Origin: an uncultured Acidimicrobiales bacterium
GTDB lineage: Bacteria > Actinomycetota > Acidimicrobiia > Acidimicrobiales > CAVXTF01
Assembly (NCBI GenBank): GCA_963801315.1
Contig: CAWDEI010000002.1
Coordinates: 17,516 to 81,515, forward strand
DNA: 64,000 bases
Reading direction: 5' to 3'
The position numbers and the translations under genes were made by a program. Under the pieces are notes generated by a model, which saw nothing but the letters and a program-made list of their open reading frames with translations, did no database searches and had not been told where the DNA came from. This document shows positions 61,876 to 64,000 of the stretch, piece by piece (the stretch's first letter is position 1; each line of letters starts with the position of its first letter).

Positions 61876-63635
61876 TCCGGGTCGAGTCTGCCACGGCCGG
61901 AGTCGGCCGGGGCCTGCGTCGGGGGATTTCCTCGGGGGCCGTTCCCGCGACGCTCTCGGCGGTTGTGCTGCTCGAGCGCGCCGACGGCGAAGACGACCAC
62001 CAGATAGGCGATCGATCCGAGTGCGGCGCCGGCGAGGACGCGTCCCGCGAGACCGGCGGGTGTCTCGGAGCCCGACAGGTTGGAGCCGATAGCGGCGGCC
62101 GCTACGAGAGCGACCGTCGCGAGAAGCACGCGCCCGAATGGGCGCGCGACTATCGCCCAGTCGAGGCCGCCGAGGCGTGGTCTGAGCAGGAGCAGGCCGG
62201 CCACCGCCGCGATCGTGTAGGCGGCGCTTATCGAAAGAGCGACACCTCGCACACCGAGCGGGCCGACGAGAACGACCGCCAGGGCGATGTTCACCCCGTT
62301 CTCGACGACGTAGAGCCAGAACGCCGTCCGCATGTCCTGCATCGCCTGGAAGGCCCGGACGGTGTAGAGGAAGACGCAGAAGCCGGGCAACCCCAACGCG
62401 AGCATGGCCAGGGCCTGAGCCGTGGGAGTCGTCGCGGCGGGGCTGCTCGCGTGGTAGCCGAGAAGCACGGCCACCAGGGGCTTGGCGAGGATCAGAAGGC
62501 CGGCGGCGGCCGGCAGGACTATTGCGAGGATCCCACGCAGGCCCCCCGCCCAACGTCTACGGAAGCCAGCGGGATCGCCGCGCGCCCATCGCGCCGCGAG
62601 CTCGGGCGTGACTGCGCTCATGACCGAGATGGCGACCACCCCGTAGGGCAGCTGGAAGAACGTGTAGGCGTATGTGTACGCGGAGATTCCGCCCGGGATC
62701 TTGTTGAACAGCGCCAGCACGACGAGAAGGGCCACCTGGTTCGCGACCACGAGCCCGAAGGTCCATCCGGAGAGCCTGAGAATCGTGCGGACGGCCTCGT
62801 GGCGCCAGTCGAGCCGGAACCTGAGGCGGAGCCCGGCGCGCCGGAGCGACGGCAACAACAAAAGCGCCTGCGCGGCGACGCCGGCCGTCGTCCCGAGGCC
62901 GAGCAGGATCAGCTCGGGACGGTCGGCCTCGAGCCCTCCGAGAGTGGGGCGGCGCGCCACGACCGAGAACGTGATCAGGACGCCGATCGTGATGACGTTG
63001 TTGGCGATCGGTACGAAGGTCGGTGGTCCGAAGCGACCTCGGGCGTTCAGAAGGGCTGCGCCGAGGGCGGCGAACGTGTAGCAGGCGAGTTGCGGAACGA
63101 AGAGTATGAGGAGGTCGGTTGCGACCTTTCGTTCAGCCGCCGAGTGGCGGAGCACGGTGAGCCCGTCGACGATCAGCGGAGCTGCAGCGAGGAAGACGAC
63201 AGAGGCCACGCCGAGGACGGCGAGCGTGACCGACACGACCGCCGAGATCGCCTCCCAGGCATCGTCCTCGTCGCGCGTCGCGAGGCGCGCCACGAACACC
63301 GGTATGAAGGTCGCCGACAGGATCCCGCCGAGCACGAGGTCCTGGACGATGTTGGGGATGGTGTTCGCCAGGTTGTAGGCGTCCGCGGGCGAGCCCACCG
63401 AGACACCGGTGCCGAGCGCGTAGCCGAGAGCGATGATCCGGCCGACACCCGTGATCCGCGACAAGAGCGTGCCCACCGCCATCGTGGCCGTGGCGCGCCG
63501 CAGTGTCACCGGGGGGGCGGCGCTCGACGTCGCGGTCACCGTCGGGACCCCCGAGCGCCTAGCGATGTCACGGTCCTGCGCCTGGTGCCCCCGCTTCTGC
63601 TCCCGCAGGGGCGGGCTCCTCGCGCCGTGGGGCAC
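61869..63635 (-). CDS. murJ: lipid II flippase MurJ (MviN)
   Basis: 588-aa polytopic ORF with ...MAVGTLLSRITGVGRIIALGYALG...ADAYNLANTIPNIV..., typical of the MurJ N-terminus. The exact start is uncertain (several in-frame GTGs). Confidence 0.88.
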   Translation of the reverse strand: MPHGARSPPLREQKRGHQAQDRDIARRSGVPTVTATSSAAPPVTLRRATATMAVGTLLSRITGVGRIIALGYALGTGVSVGSPADAYNLANTIPNIVQDLVLGGILSATFIPVFVARLATRDEDDAWEAISAVVSVTLAVLGVASVVFLAAAPLIVDGLTVLRHSAAERKVATDLLILFVPQLACYTFAALGAALLNARGRFGPPTFVPIANNVITIGVLITFSVVARRPTLGGLEADRPELILLGLGTTAGVAAQALLLLPSLRRAGLRLRFRLDWRHEAVRTILRLSGWTFGLVVANQVALLVVLALFNKIPGGISAYTYAYTFFQLPYGVVAISVMSAVTPELAARWARGDPAGFRRRWAGGLRGILAIVLPAAAGLLILAKPLVAVLLGYHASSPAATTPTAQALAMLALGLPGFCVFLYTVRAFQAMQDMRTAFWLYVVENGVNIALAVVLVGPLGVRGVALSISAAYTIAAVAGLLLLRPRLGGLDWAIVARPFGRVLLATVALVAAAAIGSNLSGSETPAGLAGRVLAGAALGSIAYLVVVFAVGALEQHNRRERRGNGPRGNPPTQAPADSGRGRLDPDP

Positions 63636-64000
63636 TGTGAGCGCCGTGGTTGCGTCGTGCTCGGCGCCCGCGCCTTCCGGCCAAGAGAGTCCGGGCCCAC
63701 CACATGAGAAGCACAGCCGCAGCTACCACGGTGAGAACGATCGCTACGACCGATGTCGAAAGCGAGCGGACCGTGAACTTGGCGGACGCAATCAACAGGC
63801 CGCCTGTTGGGCTCCTGACCGACACGACGACAGGGAAGTCCCCCGATGTCCGTGCAGAAACGTCCACGTCGACGGACTGGATGTGCTGAGTGAGCCTTAC
63901 TTTCTGCGGGTTGGTCCCGTGAAGGAACGCGAGCTTGTCGCTCGACAGGTCGAGGACCACGGTCACCGGAAACGGCACCTGGCGCACGAGGGTTATTGGG
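63568..64000 (-). CDS. C-terminal part of a large membrane-anchored conserved protein (5' end outside window; possibly the family found upstream of murJ in mycobacteria)
   Basis: The frame stays open to the window edge. It ends with the TM anchor VVAIVLTVVAAAVLLMWWA and a basic tail. The family assignment rests on synteny and memory only. Confidence 0.45.
   Translation of the reverse strand, partial: PITLVRQVPFPVTVVLDLSSDKLAFLHGTNPQKVRLTQHIQSVDVDVSARTSGDFPVVVSVRSPTGGLLIASAKFTVRSLSTSVVAIVLTVVAAAVLLMWWARTLLAGRRGRRARRNHGAHSAPRREEPAPAGAEAGAPGAGP

Overview
This is a high-GC, Actinomycetota-like chromosomal window containing the replication-origin neighbourhood. I cannot assign genus or species from sequence alone.

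Right part (40.5-64 kb): a classic origin core. On the minus strand: gyrA, gyrB, DUF721, recF, dnaN, an oriC-like DnaA-box/AT-rich spacer, and dnaA. Diverging on the plus strand: rpmH, rnpA, yidD, yidC, jag, rsmG, parA, parB. These are followed by a cwlM-like amidase, trxA, trxB, a small membrane protein, degV, murJ and the C-terminus of a membrane-anchored protein. A tRNA-Ile(GAU) lies at 37.2 kb.

Left part (0-40 kb): an accessory block dominated by CoA-dependent lipid/aromatic catabolism. It contains adenylate-forming ligases, acyl-CoA dehydrogenases, SDRs, a crotonase, a tandem family-III CoA-transferase, thioesterase II, thiolase-like enzymes, a KS, an aldehyde dehydrogenase, amidohydrolases and a P450 with ferredoxin. 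It also carries a PAS-GGDEF-EAL protein, a copper amine oxidase, an aldo/keto reductase, GT-C glycosyltransferases and several hypotheticals.

Main observations:
1. A LAGLIDADG-like ORF sits between rsmG and parA, bracketed by perfect 33-bp inverted repeats. Each repeat carries a parS site.
2. About 19 genes are interrupted by frameshifts or a nonsense codon, while roughly 17 kb of replication/partition genes are untouched.
3. Short tandem duplications repeatedly straddle stop codons.
4. A palindromic motif CTGAC-N6-GTCAG recurs at three catabolic promoters.
5. An extra DnaA-box cluster lies downstream of parB.

Motif coordinates were counted by hand and may be off by 1-2 nt. CDS coordinates are anchored on the supplied ORF track. 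Frameshift positions are approximate.
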